Origin: Styela clava
Taxonomy: Eukaryota
Reading direction: 5' to 3'
Length of the DNA stretch: 64,000 bases
Assembly (NCBI RefSeq): GCF_964204865.1
Contig: NC_135253.1
Coordinates: forward strand, 17,670,001 to 17,734,000
Shown here piece by piece: positions 62,104-64,000 of this stretch. Positions within the stretch are counted from its first letter, which is position 1. Each line of letters opens with the position of its first letter. Under the pieces are notes generated by a model. The model was not told the DNA's origin. It saw only the letters and a program-made list of their open reading frames with translations, and did not search any database. Position numbers and translations under genes: made by a program.

Positions 62104-63335
62104 CTACTCCAAATCATCAACATCAGCAATTTGGGCAGAGGATAAAGGTTCTTTAGCTGGCTTTGCTGCTGGTTTTGCGGATGCAGCAGATGAGGTTGCG
62201 AGCCTCTGAAATAAAAATGAATATACATTTTAGCTCAATATCCAAAATCAGGCATCACACACAGGATGAATTAAATTTACCATCATGCCATACATAATTC
62301 CATTAATGTACAAAGAGGAAGCATCCCAATCTTTCATGGCAAGATAATAATTTGAAAGCACTGGAAGGAAGCCAAAATTCAGTGATCATTTTGGTACAAA
62401 ATAGCTTCAGGTGATGTCATTAAAAATGTAAACTAACCTGTGATACTGAAGGTAACTTTTCAAGCAGCATATTAAAAACTTGTGGGGGTAGAGTTTGTTG
62501 TAAAACTTGTAGTAATTGTTGAGGTTGACCGCAGACTGCTACAGCATTTGTCAGATGTTCGACACCTTCTTCATACTTTCCTTCTCCAAGTAGCTCTTCT
62601 CCTTTTTGCACCTCTTCCAAGAAAAATTTCTGAACTTCTGCGACATCTCTTAAATCTGGCAACTTCAAATGAAACACAATATTGAGTTTTTATTAACTTA
62701 AACAGCAGTGATGTTATACGCCAACAATTGTTCTATTGTGATATGTTTCTGAAAATTCAATGGCCATGCGGAACACATGTATGAAACTAGTATCAATTAA
62801 ATCAAATAGTTCAGTGATACATTCACGAGCAACCAATGCAATTCTTTCACATTAGACAAGAAATTCAGCTGTTTTTCTATTATATTCGTCTTCAGCTTAG
62901 ATGACATTAAATTTGAATACCCGTGTGTACAGACAAGAAGTCGATACTCAGAGCTGAGGAAACTTAATCACCTTAGTTTTATTTGCACCACACTGCCCTT
63001 CTCTTGCTTTTCTTCTTCCTGTAAATATGAAAAACTCTTTAATAGCAAGGCACTAACAACATAAGCTAATCTTTTTGTTAATTGAGAATGAGAAAATGAG
63101 TGAAACTTCTTAGCAGAATGTGTTGTGTGCATAGTAAAAATTGAAAGCCAGAAAGTGGAAATTCTTTAACAGTTGAATTGTAAGATGTAGGGATACAACT
63201 TTTACTTCTATACTTACTTTCTTTCAACTTCTTTCTAAAGTCAGGGTCACTCCTTCTCTTCCGATCGAAATATACACAGTATCCAATGAAAGCAACACCT
63301 GCAGCTGCCGCTACTGCTGCAGTTTTGGATACCAT
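62104..63335 (-). CDS. TOMM20: Mitochondrial import receptor TOM20; exons 63335-63218, 63018-62972, 62662-62438, 62205-62104
   Basis: FIGYCVYFDRKRRSDPDFRKKL, LPDLRDVAEVQKFFLEEVQKGEELL, AVAVCGQPQQLLQVLQQTLPPQVF and C-terminal DDLE. Confidence 0.97.
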
Positions 63336-64000
63336 ACTTATTTATATGCTATAATACTCTTAATATACAGTTATAGTCTAGTAATATACCCGTAAAAATC
63401 TGCAAGAACTATAAAAAACAGTTTTATGTTTTAAAGTATTGACAAACTGATATAGCATATACAACATATATTTCTGTTTTTATCCATACATTGATTCTGT
63501 AATACCAGGCTCTGATTCTGAAGCTAATCTACCACAAAAAAAGCGGAATTAGGTACTGAATTGGGTGCCTTTAATAGGTTGTAATGTATTAAGTCATAGC
63601 CAAAAAACAAATAATGTTGACGAGAAAGTTGATATGTAAATGCGCCACTAAACTACTTCGAATTCCCCAAGGGTACCTACCTGTACAGGACATGCGGGGA
63701 CGGCCGTGAAATCGAAGGAAAATTATTCTGCAGTTTTCAACCGGTTCCCACGCATAATATAACTTCCTAATATTCCTTAATGATATTTCTTACAAAAAAC
63801 AGCTGGTACCGGTACTGGTGCTGGAAAAATTATATGAATGTATAAAACGTAGCAGTATATATTTACAATATAACATAGCAGCCGTGAATTTTTGAAAGTC
63901 CATAATCTTTTAAATTTCGGTCTGCTTATGACCATACTTTGGTGTTAGACACTTGATTTGTGGGTGTCAAAAATTGTCCCCATTCTCTGGATCAAATATA

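Noticed and set aside
62206-63217. Intronic snoRNA in TOMM20, as in vertebrates
   Set aside because: No convincing H/ACA or C/D box architecture could be seen by eye. An Infernal/Rfam scan would be needed.

Overview
AT-rich, intron-containing eukaryotic (animal) genomic DNA. The compact GT-AG genes, abundant short hAT-type MITEs and SINEs, and chordate-like proteins suggest an ascidian/tunicate, but this is an inference. Ten protein-coding genes could be assembled by hand from splice sites: (1) a cytosolic IRE1-family tandem kinase + pseudokinase that runs off the left edge (minus), (2) a 14-exon cationic amino-acid transporter SLC7A1-3/CAT (plus), (3) MYG1 (minus), (4) SUPT5H/SPT5 with a 15-nt microexon (minus), (5) ATOX1 (plus), (6) URI1 (plus), (7) intronless COG7 (minus), (8) intronless SEC13 (minus), (9) EMC7 (plus) and (10) TOMM20 (minus). 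The most notable items are the exon-duplicated non-RD IRE1-like kinase/pseudokinase tandem, a candidate SEC13-COG7 operon behind a UPRE-containing bidirectional promoter shared with EMC7, a candidate ATOX1-URI1 operon, and the SPT5 microexon with candidate poison exons in its unusually long flanking introns. Most short ORFs in the supplied track are exon fragments or spurious. All exon coordinates were read manually and could be off by a few bases.
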